Positions 1 to 9,869 of a stretch of DNA of 64,000 nt are shown here, one piece after another. A program made the translations under genes and the position numbers. Under the pieces are notes generated by a model. It saw only the letters and a list, made by a program, of their open reading frames with translations. It ran no database searches and had not been told where the DNA came from. Source of the DNA: Nitrososphaerales archaeon (GTDB lineage: Archaea > Thermoproteota > Nitrososphaeria > Nitrososphaerales > UBA213); contig CBDAOC010000020.1 of the NCBI GenBank assembly GCA_965197925.1, positions 576,001 to 640,000 of the forward strand, read 5' to 3'. Within the stretch, counting starts at the first letter, position 1; every line of letters starts with the position of its first letter.

Positions 1-753
1 TCTTGGCAACATATCTTCAGGTGGTGACCTCCTTTGCTCATTTGGAATTATGTAGATCAATTCCTTTAGCGGATCTACCTCCATGCCCGCATATCCCTCA
101 GAGACTAGAAAACTTGTGAGATAGGCTCTCCGTACAGAATCTTCATATGATTTGGATCCGATAAATTCCCAGTAAGGAATCTTATTCTCAATAAACTCGG
201 TCCGTTTTTGCAATAGCTCATCCCAAAGGATTTGTAAACCAGCATCAAATTCCTCCAAACTCAAGACTTCCATTTTTATCAATTCTTCAACTGTGAGGTA
301 TTCTGTTTCGATTAAAGTGTCCCCATTAAGTTTCCCAATTCTGTCCTTAATCAGTGGTAGCCTATTCCAATAATCAAGTGCTTGTATAATCTTGTCGGGT
401 GATATTTGATTAAGGCTTACAATCGGATGAATGCTCTGCATTAGTATAGATGCCAATGTTTCTTCTGATATCATCTTTAGCTTCAATTCCACAAGAAACG
501 GATCAACGTGAAGTGTTGAAGCCTTGTGTTTTATCCATTCTGCTTGTAACCTAATAAGTCCGGTTATTCCCCTAAGGGCTTCAATATCAAGCAACAACTC
601 GTCAAGCTTCTTCCACTGGGGTAGGTAATTCTTCAGGGTTCTGAGAGAGGAATTCACATCAATATTAAACGGATCAAATCCTTCCTTCTCTACTGCCTTA
701 CAGAGTTCTATTATCCTTATGATTTCTTCATAATTTAACTTCTTGTCGTCCAT
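1..753 (-). CDS. Divergent ScpA/kleisin-like protein (partial, runs off the left edge; absent from the ORF track)
   Basis: ATG at 753, open for 251 codons to the window edge (MDDKKLNYEEIIRIIELCKAVEKEGFDPFNIDV...RRAYLTSFLVSEGYA...). DPFNIDV resembles the ScpA N-terminal DPWDIDI motif and the C-terminus resembles a kleisin winged helix. Starts 1 nt after the SMC stop codon. Confidence 0.6.
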   Translation of the reverse strand, partial: MDDKKLNYEEIIRIIELCKAVEKEGFDPFNIDVNSSLRTLKNYLPQWKKLDELLLDIEALRGITGLIRLQAEWIKHKASTLHVDPFLVELKLKMISEETLASILMQSIHPIVSLNQISPDKIIQALDYWNRLPLIKDRIGKLNGDTLIETEYLTVEELIKMEVLSLEEFDAGLQILWDELLQKRTEFIENKIPYWEFIGSKSYEDSVRRAYLTSFLVSEGYAGMEVDPLKELIYIIPNEQRRSPPEDMLPR

Positions 754-754
754 T

Positions 755-2770
755 CTAACTCACCATCTTTATTGAAGATTTACTGTAAACATTTTGAACA
801 AATATCAAATGAACATCACTCTCCATTACTGTCAGTTGTGAAGGAGTTATCACCAAGTATTGACTTTCCGGCTTGGATCTGATATGTGAAAAGATCATCT
901 TCAGTAAGGCCTCTCTATTTTTAGGATCCAGATGAACATCAAATTCATCAACCGCTCTAAATGGTGATAGTACACGTTGCTGCAATGAAAGCAAAAATGC
1001 CATTACTGCTACTCCCCTCTCACCTCCGCTTTGTGTATAAGCATCAAGGACCACCATTGGCGAGCCTCTAAAACCCACGAGCAGTTCAAGTCCAGCCTTT
1101 TCTATATCACCCATTTCGACGAGCCTAACTATACCTGTTCCACTTGTCCTTGAAAGTAATTCTTGATAGACAGGGCTAATCTGTTCTATAAGGTTCTCTA
1201 ATGTTTGCTTCCACACCTTCTTCCTTTCTTCAAGGTTGCTCATGGTTTTATTCTTGTTCTCTACGAGTACTCTGAGCTTATCTTCAAACTCTACATAAGA
1301 AGCAGAGAATTTGCTGTAAATTGTCTCTGTATCTTCGGCGATTTCGCCCAAACTCTTGATATGAGCATCGATAATCTTAATCTCTTCTGATACTTCTGTG
1401 GGAGAACGATCCGTTTGTATTCTTGGAATTGTGTTTTCGGCTTGTGGAATCACTAAATTCAGCTGCTCTTGATTTTCCTTTATGGACCTCTCCATGTCGG
1501 TGATTTCATGTTCAATATTCTTGCGTTTGACACTCAGCAAAGCCTCATCCACCTTAAGTGAAACAAACTTACTAATAGTAGATTGTGTGTGTTCTTCTCC
1601 CTTTGTTATGTCATCATGAATTGACTTTATTTCATCATCATAGTACTTTATCTTAGCACTAAGTTCGTTATTTTTTGAAGATAAGGAATCAATTGTGTAT
1701 CTTATTTCATCAATCTTTGCACTTAACACCCTTGTACCATCCTCATCACTGAATGCAAGTGCCTCTTCTGGAATGCTAATTGCAGAGTTCAAAAATCCTT
1801 TGGTTTCTTTGAATGTCTCAATTCTCGCCAAAATATTAGATCTCTCCCTCTCTTGTCTGATCATCGCAAAGTATAATTTTCTCTGCTCAATTTGAGCGGC
1901 CTCGAGACTCGTATTTGTGTTCATTGCAAGCTCTTGAGTCCTCTGTATTTTTTCCATAACATCGTTAAGGGTATTTCTTCTTTTTTCTATTCTTTCCCTA
2001 AGTGAGTGCAAGACATCCTCAAGCTTTATTACTTGAACCCATCCAAGCTCTCCACCAAGAAAATCCTTTCGTTGCAACAATTCTTTTCTCTTAAGAAACC
2101 TTTCATGCATTTCTTTCCAGTATTCAAGTGTTTGACCAGCATTTTCAAGAATCTTTGATAATCCTGTCTCTTCTGTAATCAATGACGATAGTTTTTGTTG
2201 AGATTCGAATATTCCTTCCCTATACTCCTCAAATCCAACTGCTTCCTCAACCATCTTGAGTTTTTCCTCCGTTGAGGTTATGCTGAATTCTTCTACCATT
2301 CCTTGATGCATAATTATCAAAAGATTATCAGGATTTATTCCGAACTGCCTGAATAATCTTGAAACCTCGCTTCTGCTCATATCTCTGTAATCTGCTTCAT
2401 ACCAGTAGGTGCCGTTCGACTTTAGATACCTGGAAAGCATGAATGTATCAGATTTGCTAAATGGAATTGGTCGTTTCCCGTTTTGTATTTTGTTATTGAA
2501 TAATAAACTAATCCTTGCAATATCCTTTCCTCTTCTTATCAAATCACTCAGCTTTCTGGATCTTTCAGTGTAAGCCTGACCTAATGCTACCGATATTCCC
2601 ATCAATATTGTAGATTTTCCAGCACCATTTGGTCCTGTTATAACATTAATACCTTGTTTAAGTGGTATTCTACCATATTCATAACTCATAAAGTTTTCAA
2701 GAATGATCTCTGATATGATGGGTAGTGTCTGCGAATATCGTTGAGAGATTACACGTTTCTCAGCTTCCAA
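755..2770 (-). CDS. Short SMC-family ATPase, SMC5/6-like (coalescin/ClsN-like)
   Basis: ENFMSY, Walker A GPNGAGKST, Q-loop HQG, long coiled coil, signature QSGGE, Walker B/D-loop PFRAVDEFDVHLD, YLVITP. Only 671 aa; no hinge and no CxxC hook visible. Confidence 0.85.
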   Translation of the reverse strand: MEAEKRVISQRYSQTLPIISEIILENFMSYEYGRIPLKQGINVITGPNGAGKSTILMGISVALGQAYTERSRKLSDLIRRGKDIARISLLFNNKIQNGKRPIPFSKSDTFMLSRYLKSNGTYWYEADYRDMSRSEVSRLFRQFGINPDNLLIIMHQGMVEEFSITSTEEKLKMVEEAVGFEEYREGIFESQQKLSSLITEETGLSKILENAGQTLEYWKEMHERFLKRKELLQRKDFLGGELGWVQVIKLEDVLHSLRERIEKRRNTLNDVMEKIQRTQELAMNTNTSLEAAQIEQRKLYFAMIRQERERSNILARIETFKETKGFLNSAISIPEEALAFSDEDGTRVLSAKIDEIRYTIDSLSSKNNELSAKIKYYDDEIKSIHDDITKGEEHTQSTISKFVSLKVDEALLSVKRKNIEHEITDMERSIKENQEQLNLVIPQAENTIPRIQTDRSPTEVSEEIKIIDAHIKSLGEIAEDTETIYSKFSASYVEFEDKLRVLVENKNKTMSNLEERKKVWKQTLENLIEQISPVYQELLSRTSGTGIVRLVEMGDIEKAGLELLVGFRGSPMVVLDAYTQSGGERGVAVMAFLLSLQQRVLSPFRAVDEFDVHLDPKNREALLKMIFSHIRSKPESQYLVITPSQLTVMESDVHLIFVQNVYSKSSIKMVS

Positions 2771-2827
2771 GACAAATGTCTCTACTTCTCACTCTTTAAT
2801 AAATTCAAGGCAACTCGCATACGAACA

Positions 2828-2859
2828 TAGCACTGGAAAGAACTAGCACTGGAAAGAAC
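2828..2859. repeat. 16-bp perfect tandem duplication (TAGCACTGGAAAGAAC x2) in a divergent promoter region
   Basis: Read directly from the sequence. Confidence 0.9.
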
Positions 2860-2886
2860 TTAAACCTGTGAACAAATAGACTTGAC

Positions 2887-3576
2887 GTGGTCTTAGCAGC
2901 AAAGATCTTTCTCATCAAGAATAGAACCGATTTGGAAGACATCCTAATCAAAGTAAGAGATCATAAGAGTAAAGAAATATTTGAACGTGGTGATAAAACT
3001 ATCGAGCTTCTAACCGAAGTAAGGGATCTGAACATGGCAGAAGATTCTTTTAACGGAGTCTTCGCACAGGATCAGATAATTTACATAGGACATCATGGTG
3101 AAATGATCCCTACTCCCAGAACCATGGTGGCTCCATTTACCTTTAACAAGGTAAATGACATCATACTATTGACAGTTCTGGAAAAAAAGAGAAGGGCAAA
3201 CTTGGTAGCCAATAGTCTAAGTAAAGTGGTATACCTTACTACTGGGCAAATAGTTGAAGCGAAGATATCACCTGAAACTTTGCAAAAGTTCCATCAAGAA
3301 AATTTTGACGACACAAAAATAATATTCTTTGATGATGTTGATATACCAAATATAAACAAACTCTCTCTTTACGGTTCTGCACTTGGTAATACATCTCTTT
3401 ATACGGATTACCTCAGCCATGGCAAATTATGGTACACGGTTATAAGTTCTAAGAAATATGGTCACATTGCAGGGATAACGAGGAATTGTGGAGTTACAGT
3501 TTTTAGCAAGGTAGAACAGTCGGAGTTCATTAATTATATCAAGAGTGAGATCTTTCCCCTGATAAGTGTTTCATAA
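2887..3576 (+). CDS. Hypothetical protein, divergent from the SMC gene
   Basis: 229-aa ORF with globular composition; no motif recognised. Confidence 0.75.
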   Translation: MVLAAKIFLIKNRTDLEDILIKVRDHKSKEIFERGDKTIELLTEVRDLNMAEDSFNGVFAQDQIIYIGHHGEMIPTPRTMVAPFTFNKVNDIILLTVLEKKRRANLVANSLSKVVYLTTGQIVEAKISPETLQKFHQENFDDTKIIFFDDVDIPNINKLSLYGSALGNTSLYTDYLSHGKLWYTVISSKKYGHIAGITRNCGVTVFSKVEQSEFINYIKSEIFPLISVS

Positions 3577-4088
3577 ACTAGATAAAATATTCATGCAACC
3601 ATTCTACAAATATTTTATAGGTCCCTCATTCATACTACCCTTGCAGGATTAGGTTCTGCATGCTGTATAGAGATTGTTGCTTTTCTTATACATGGAATGT
3701 AATATTTGTCCCCTTAACGAATAAAGTATATCTTTGGCAAATTTATCATACCTATCTTATTTCATAAGTAGACATTAACATGTATAGCATGATCTCTTGG
3801 TGTTATTCTTAATACAATGGGCTAAAATCTAGGTAAGTTGTATTGCTGACTTGATTACAAGCATTGTTCTATTTGCCCAAGGATAATCATCCTAAGCATA
3901 AGGTTATCCAATTGACCTATTAATGATCTAACTGATAAGACAATCGTGGTCCAATCAATGATGCAGATTTCAGTAAATCTTGGATTCGTAATAACTTTTT
4001 AGTACGAAAATCATCGCATAATGTAGAATGCAAGTCAAAAGTGCTATATGCTAGTTTACATAATTATCCTCGATCAGAAGAGACGTAT

Positions 4089-4958
4089 ATGATCAAGATA
4101 ATTCCGAATGAACCAGCGTTGTTACTTAAGACAGGAAGAGAAAAAACCCTCATCATCCCAGATCTCCATCTCGGTTTTGAAAAGGAGCTTGCTGAAAGAG
4201 GAATTGCCTATCCCTCGCAGACAGGGAAAATATTCAAAAGGTTAAAGGATTTACTGGATGAACTAAAACCAGATCGCATGATCTTCTTGGGAGATATCAA
4301 GCACGGAACATCAATGATTCTGCAAAATGAGTGGAGGGAAATTCCAGGATTCTTTGAAAAATTGCTTAGATACGTGGATAAAATACAGGTGATTCCAGGT
4401 AATCATGATGGCCATCTGGAAAAACTGATTCCGAAGAAGATAGATCTTGCGCCTGTAAGAGGATTAACCTTGCAAGATGGCAGAAAAAAGATATCGCTTG
4501 TTCATGGGCATGCCTGGCCTATGCAAGAATCATTCAATTGTGACGAGTTGATAATGGCACATCATCATTTTACGATAATGTTGAGGGACTCATCCGGCCT
4601 AAGATCTTTTGAACCCATTTGGGTAATAGCTAGATGGAATAAGGCCAAAATGGCTACATCTTACCTTAAAGCAAGGGGGGTGAGAACCCGTACCGATCCT
4701 CTTAAACTCTTCAAAAAGACCTTTGGCATAAATATCAAAAGTCCCAGGATAGTAGTCATGCCCACTTTTAACAAAATGCTGGGAGGGATTGCCATAAATC
4801 AAAAAGAGCCTGATAAGAAGTATCTGGGCCCGATATTCAAGTCGGGTTCCATAGATATGAGTAATTCAGAGCTCTATCTCTTAGATGGCACCTATCTTGG
4901 AATTTTATCCAGGAACAAAGATTTCGGGGGTAAAGTTACTTCAATAGGCGTTCTATAG
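4089..4958 (+). CDS. Calcineurin-like metallophosphoesterase (ICC-like)
   Basis: Motifs DLHLG, LGDIKH, GNHD, HGH, AHHH and MPTFN; ATG at 4089 preferred over GTG at 4041. Confidence 0.88.
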   Translation: MIKIIPNEPALLLKTGREKTLIIPDLHLGFEKELAERGIAYPSQTGKIFKRLKDLLDELKPDRMIFLGDIKHGTSMILQNEWREIPGFFEKLLRYVDKIQVIPGNHDGHLEKLIPKKIDLAPVRGLTLQDGRKKISLVHGHAWPMQESFNCDELIMAHHHFTIMLRDSSGLRSFEPIWVIARWNKAKMATSYLKARGVRTRTDPLKLFKKTFGINIKSPRIVVMPTFNKMLGGIAINQKEPDKKYLGPIFKSGSIDMSNSELYLLDGTYLGILSRNKDFGGKVTSIGVL

Positions 4959-5029
4959 TTTTGGCCGTTTTACGACGATAAACAAGAGCATTGTTTCATA
5001 TGAATAAATAATTCCTATGTAGAATCAAG

Positions 5030-5069
5030 GCCCGACAGACTACCTTGAACAAGGTAATTTCTGTCGGGC
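5030..5069. repeat. Inverted repeat/hairpin at the left edge of the island
   Basis: GCCCGACAGA/TCTGTCGGGC (10 bp) enclosing TACCTTG/CAAGGTA (7 bp). Confidence 0.8.
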
Positions 5070-5297
5070 TGCATGGGCCGTGGCCGTACCGGGCATTTGG
5101 TTGTGATGAGACGAAACAAAACCAAGCATATCAGGTTGAAAATATTATGGTATTAGGTTTATTTATGCTAACATATGATGCCAGGCCAAGTAATTTTTCA
5201 ATTTTTTTATATTCTAAATCCTTTTGTTATATAATAATTATACCAATTGGATGCTTGCGGGCCAAGGGTTTTAAGACCATATCCATTACACATCATA

Positions 5298-5483
5298 ATG
5301 GACATGGAAAACAATATTTCATCACAGATGGGTATGGCCGTAAACCAAATGCAGAAGGCAAAGCAGAAATTCGACAAAGACCCTGCCGATGAAAGTGTGG
5401 ATGACGATCTTATCAGTGCCCTGGACTTTATGGTGATGGCAATCAGACTGTACAAAAATTATAGAAAAACCGATGTTGTATAA
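5298..5483 (+). CDS. Small hypothetical helical protein
   Basis: 61-aa ORF MDMENNISSQ... Confidence 0.45.
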   Translation: MDMENNISSQMGMAVNQMQKAKQKFDKDPADESVDDDLISALDFMVMAIRLYKNYRKTDVV

Positions 5484-5510
5484 ACATAAGAAATTACACC
5501 CCAAAAACTT

Positions 5511-5574
5511 TTCTTTATACAACTATATCATAATGCGAGTTCTTTATACAACTATATCATAATGCGAGTTCTTT
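5511..5574. repeat. 29-bp perfect tandem duplication (TTCTTTATACAACTATATCATAATGCGAG x2, plus TTCTTT)
   Basis: Read directly from the sequence. Confidence 0.9.
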
Positions 5575-5791
5575 CATGATAAACGGCATCGGTGGAAATA
5601 TCATTAGACTTGCAACCAGAAAAATGCAGCAGAGTTCTACACAACCAAACTAGGATTTGATCTTAGGGTGGATATGCAATTACCTGGGAAAGATTGGATC
5701 GAGGCGGCTCCCAAGTTTGAAATAATGTAAAGATCCTTACACTGGAAAGTAGTTAATAACAAGTAACCACCGAAAGAACCAAAGAATCCAA

Positions 5792-8700
5792 ATGCCTGCA
5801 AAACCAACAAACACCGATGACACGACGGATGTTCCCGAGAAGATCGTGGGCATACTCTCGCTAATCGGTGCAACCCCGGAATACAAAACGATCCAGGAAA
5901 AATGGTGGGTAGCGTACAAGAATCGTGGTTGGAGGGGTTACAGTTTTCGCCGGGGGAATGACAAGGACTCCCTGGTGCCGATATTTCTCTTTGAGCATGA
6001 CGTAAAGACGGCAAGGGAGACAAGGGATGTTACATCAGAGATTTCCAACTGTATCGCAATCTTTCATCTAAAGTCCGAATACAGCATCTTCTTCAAATCC
6101 GGCGGCGAGAGCACCCTCTTCAAGCTTGACAGCGATGACGCGTACGAACACATCCTTGCGGCCCTGAATTTGGCCGATTATGCCTCTGCATCCACCAGAA
6201 TGGAGATGAGGATCCGCATCAAAAGGACGATAAATAATATTCCGACCACGACCCAGAACTTTAACAACAAGGGCGTATTCTCCACCCATTATCTAAAGAA
6301 CCGGCTCTTTACGGACATGGATATCAACGTCGATGATTTTAGGGACGTGTGGGAGGGAAACGCAAAAAAATCTCTTGCCTGTCTTGGGTGGACCAGTTTG
6401 GAAGGTGAAAACGGCGTGTACCGCTCAAGCACGACCAGGGCAGTATCAATCGTTGTTGCAGACCATGGGCAGGACTTTGGCGTACGGAGAAATGCAGGTG
6501 ATGTCGCTCCAAGTTACCGCGCCGTTGCAGAGCTGAGGAACACGCCGTGGGTGATGCTGACAAACGGTACCGTATGGCGGCTTTACACCACCAGGGTGTC
6601 GGCATCAACCACCAATTATTTTGAGATAAACCTAGCAGTGCAGAAGGAGATAATTCTGCGCTATCTTGCCGTAATGTTTGGCGCTGCATCATACCTGGTC
6701 CAAAAAGGCAAGACCGGCATTGACACGATATTTGATGAGGGGAAAAACTACGTTCAGGAGCTGGAGGATAATCTTGCAGACAGGATACTGAGACCGGACG
6801 GCGTTTTTGTTGATATGGTGAAAGGCGTCCTTGGTCACGACATGAGAAAACAGTTCGGAGCGGGAGAACTGGCCACTGCAAAGGAGATCGCGCTGAAGAT
6901 CATGTATCGCGTGTGGTTCTTGCTGTATGCAGAATCGCGTGACCTGCTGCCCGTCAGGGACGAGAAATACAAACCGCTATCCCTGATGTCACTGCGGAAC
7001 AGACTCGACCATATGGATGACAACCCCGACGGGACAAAATGCTGGGATGATGTCCTAGGACTGTTTGATGGAGTAAGGAACGGCAGTCCAGAACACAACC
7101 TGCCGCAGTACAACGGCGAACTCTTCAAGCACCTGCCGGAGATTGACGGCATCCGCATGAAAAACAGGTTTTTTGTACGCGCACTGCGAGGGCTGATTGA
7201 AAAGGACGGCGAACCGATGGACTATGCCAGTCTGGGCGTAAGACATCTCGGATACATCTACGAAACCCTGATGGAGTTTGCAGTGAGGCAGGCAGAAAAA
7301 GACATCATGCTGCTTGAAGACAAGGACGGGGTCAGGGAGGTGGAATCAAAGGCCGAATCCACATACTCATACAAGAAGAACGACCTGTACATCATTTCCA
7401 AGAAGGGATCCATGTCAAGAAAATCTTCCGGAACCTACTACACCCCGGAAAAGATAGTAGAGTTTCTTGTGATGCGCGGGCTGGAGCCAATCTTCAAGGA
7501 GCGCGAGGAGCTGATTGCGGACGATCTAAAGAAGTACAAGCGGGACCGGTCCCCGGAGAATTATCGCGGATGCATGGACAGGCTGCTTGACATCCAGGTG
7601 CTTGACCCCTCCATGGGAAGCGGTCACTTTCTTGTCGAGGCGCTAAACAGGATTACGCAGTGGGCAACAGGAATACTGGAGAGGCATCCGGAACATCCCC
7701 TTCTCCGCGAAATTGAGGATGACAGACGGTTGATCATCTCAACACAAAAGGAAGGGGGAGTCGTGATAAACCCCGGCCTGCTCACGCATGACGTTCTCCT
7801 GAAGCGCAGAATAATGAAGCGGTGCATCTTCGGGGTTGACGTCAACCCGCTTGCGGTAGAGCTTGCAAGGGTGTCTTTGTGGCTTGACTCGTTTGCGATA
7901 GGCGTGCCGTTGACGTACGTGAACCATCACATCAAGGTTGGTGATTCGACCATTGGCGCGTGGCGCAGGGATGTTGAAGATGCACGAAACCGGTCACTTG
8001 ACGACTGGGTGGAGACCACCAATAGGGCCGGGGAGATCATTGCACGCGTAAGCAATAGTGCGGATGTAACCATTGACCAGGTTCGCTCCAGCGAGGACGC
8101 GCACAATGAATATGAGAAGGTAATGAACTCATACAAAACCGGACTTGACGTATATTCTGCAACACAAATCGACGGCACGGTAATTCCAAAAAAAGCGAGC
8201 AAGAATCCTGCAGGCTACATTCGCAGATTTGTAGGGCAGAAGGCGAATGACGGGGACATGCGGCAGACGCTCACAAGAACACAAGAACTTCGAAAAAAGT
8301 ACAGATTTTTTCACTGGGAGCTTGAGATGATGGACGCATTCACGGATTCCAGGCACGGTTTTGATCTGGTGGTGGGAAATCCGCCATGGGACAAGGTAAA
8401 GCCGTATGTTGATGAGTTTTTCTCGCAGTATTATCCGGCATTCAAATCACTGAACACAAAGACGAAAAAGACTGCCAAAATGAATAAGCTTCTAAGGGAT
8501 CCTAAAATCAAAACAGGTTATGAAGAGTATCTCCTATCCTTCAAGGAAAAGTCCGCATTCTACAGGACGTATGATCTACAGGGCAAAGGAGACAGGGATC
8601 TGTGGCAGCTGGTATTCGAGCGAATGCTAGGTCTTGTAGGCAAGGGTGGCATGATATCAGTGCTAATCCCGTCACAGATTCTTGCAAATGACGGTTCGAC

Positions 8701-9112
8701 AGAAATGCGAAAACGGATTCTTGACCTGGATATCCAGCAGTTGTATGTCTTTGAGAACAGGAAAAAGATATTTCCAATAGACAGCAGATATAGATTCCTG
8801 CTTTTGAGCGTACGCAACATACCAGGCCCGGATACGTTTCAGGCCGGATTCTACCTCCACCATCTGTCGTCACTTGAAACAGATAAAACAGAGGGAAAAT
8901 TTTATGCCATGTCCAAGCAGACGATACGCAAAACATCCCCGGACACACTACAGATTCCGGAGGTTGGAGACAGTGAACTCGACATATTGAACAGCCTATC
9001 CGGTAATGAGAGTCTGACCTCCGAATCCGATGATGGTTGGGAGGCTGCATTCTCAAGTGGATTTCATAAAGGAAACGATGCACATCTTCTAAAAGAATGT
9101 GGTGGGGGCTAA
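5792..9112 (+). CDS. Type IIG/Eco57I-like N6-adenine DNA methyltransferase, N-terminal part (continues in 9099-9869 after a +1 frameshift)
   Basis: LTNGTVWRLY (HsdR-N/IIG nuclease-region motif), LPQYNGELF, LGYIYETLM, GTYYTP, motif I VLDPSMGSGHFL, FGVDVNPLAVEL, FHWELE, motif IV GNPPW. Confidence 0.9.
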   Translation: MPAKPTNTDDTTDVPEKIVGILSLIGATPEYKTIQEKWWVAYKNRGWRGYSFRRGNDKDSLVPIFLFEHDVKTARETRDVTSEISNCIAIFHLKSEYSIFFKSGGESTLFKLDSDDAYEHILAALNLADYASASTRMEMRIRIKRTINNIPTTTQNFNNKGVFSTHYLKNRLFTDMDINVDDFRDVWEGNAKKSLACLGWTSLEGENGVYRSSTTRAVSIVVADHGQDFGVRRNAGDVAPSYRAVAELRNTPWVMLTNGTVWRLYTTRVSASTTNYFEINLAVQKEIILRYLAVMFGAASYLVQKGKTGIDTIFDEGKNYVQELEDNLADRILRPDGVFVDMVKGVLGHDMRKQFGAGELATAKEIALKIMYRVWFLLYAESRDLLPVRDEKYKPLSLMSLRNRLDHMDDNPDGTKCWDDVLGLFDGVRNGSPEHNLPQYNGELFKHLPEIDGIRMKNRFFVRALRGLIEKDGEPMDYASLGVRHLGYIYETLMEFAVRQAEKDIMLLEDKDGVREVESKAESTYSYKKNDLYIISKKGSMSRKSSGTYYTPEKIVEFLVMRGLEPIFKEREELIADDLKKYKRDRSPENYRGCMDRLLDIQVLDPSMGSGHFLVEALNRITQWATGILERHPEHPLLREIEDDRRLIISTQKEGGVVINPGLLTHDVLLKRRIMKRCIFGVDVNPLAVELARVSLWLDSFAIGVPLTYVNHHIKVGDSTIGAWRRDVEDARNRSLDDWVETTNRAGEIIARVSNSADVTIDQVRSSEDAHNEYEKVMNSYKTGLDVYSATQIDGTVIPKKASKNPAGYIRRFVGQKANDGDMRQTLTRTQELRKKYRFFHWELEMMDAFTDSRHGFDLVVGNPPWDKVKPYVDEFFSQYYPAFKSLNTKTKKTAKMNKLLRDPKIKTGYEEYLLSFKEKSAFYRTYDLQGKGDRDLWQLVFERMLGLVGKGGMISVLIPSQILANDGSTEMRKRILDLDIQQLYVFENRKKIFPIDSRYRFLLLSVRNIPGPDTFQAGFYLHHLSSLETDKTEGKFYAMSKQTIRKTSPDTLQIPEVGDSELDILNSLSGNESLTSESDDGWEAAFSSGFHKGNDAHLLKECGGG

Positions 9113-9869
9113 TTGGCCTGTACTGGAAGGCGGGAATATTCACCAGTTTAATCATGATTTTGCAAAACCCATGTTTACTGCTGATAGCTCCGCCGGACTG
9201 CGAAGGGAGGAGAACAGACGGGTGTACAAAAACAGTTGCGGGAATTTTTATCATTCATTCAGACTTGCATTTCGTGACATATCTGGCCCGACCAACATGC
9301 GGTCAATCATCGCATCCATAATTCCGCCACAGAGATTCTTCACAGATTCACTACGTGTTATTGTATTAACCCGGAATGGAAACTTTGAGCACGGCAACGA
9401 ATACAACAAAAAGACGGCATATCTATGTGGAATCCTAAACTCCATGACGTTTGATTTTGTAGCACGCTCCAAACTGCAAATGCATACAATGGTAATTATC
9501 AAAGCCCTTCCAATTCCGGACCGTACCCGCCATGATGACATTGCAACTCTTGCAGCAAAACTCTCCGTGGGCTCTGACGAGTTTGAGGGGTTTGCAGAGT
9601 CAATGAGGGTGGAGAACATGCCGCTGACACCGTATGAGCGAATCCACGCTACCGCCAGGCTTGACGCACTGGTGGCGCACGCATATCACCTGTCCGGGGA
9701 AGAGTACCGGACAATACTGGAATCGTTCAAGTTTGAAGAGAACCCCGCATTGCTTGAGGCAGATACCGCCGACTTTAACGACAACAGGACGTTGCGGGCA
9801 TTCTACGGGGAGGTGCGCAAACTTGCACCCGGTTATTATGATAGCTTAAAGGAGAATGAGCCCAAATGA
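9099..9869 (+). CDS. C-terminal target-recognition (TaqI-C-like) portion of the type IIG methyltransferase
   Basis: PVLEGGNIHQF, FRDISGPTNMRSII, GILNSMTFDF, LDALVAHAYHL. Deleting one G from the G5 run at 9104-9108 fuses it in frame to the upstream ORF. Confidence 0.8.
   Translation: MVGANWPVLEGGNIHQFNHDFAKPMFTADSSAGLRREENRRVYKNSCGNFYHSFRLAFRDISGPTNMRSIIASIIPPQRFFTDSLRVIVLTRNGNFEHGNEYNKKTAYLCGILNSMTFDFVARSKLQMHTMVIIKALPIPDRTRHDDIATLAAKLSVGSDEFEGFAESMRVENMPLTPYERIHATARLDALVAHAYHLSGEEYRTILESFKFEENPALLEADTADFNDNRTLRAFYGEVRKLAPGYYDSLKENEPK

Noticed and set aside
755..2770. Rad50/SbcC paired with the 4089 phosphoesterase as Mre11, or Wadjet JetC
   Set aside because: No zinc hook, SMC-type DEFD motif, the phosphoesterase is ICC-like and not co-transcribed, and no JetD is visible.
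5511..5574. Possible CRISPR repeats (29-bp unit)
   Set aside because: The units are directly adjacent with no spacer and there are no cas genes; no CRISPR array was seen anywhere in the window.
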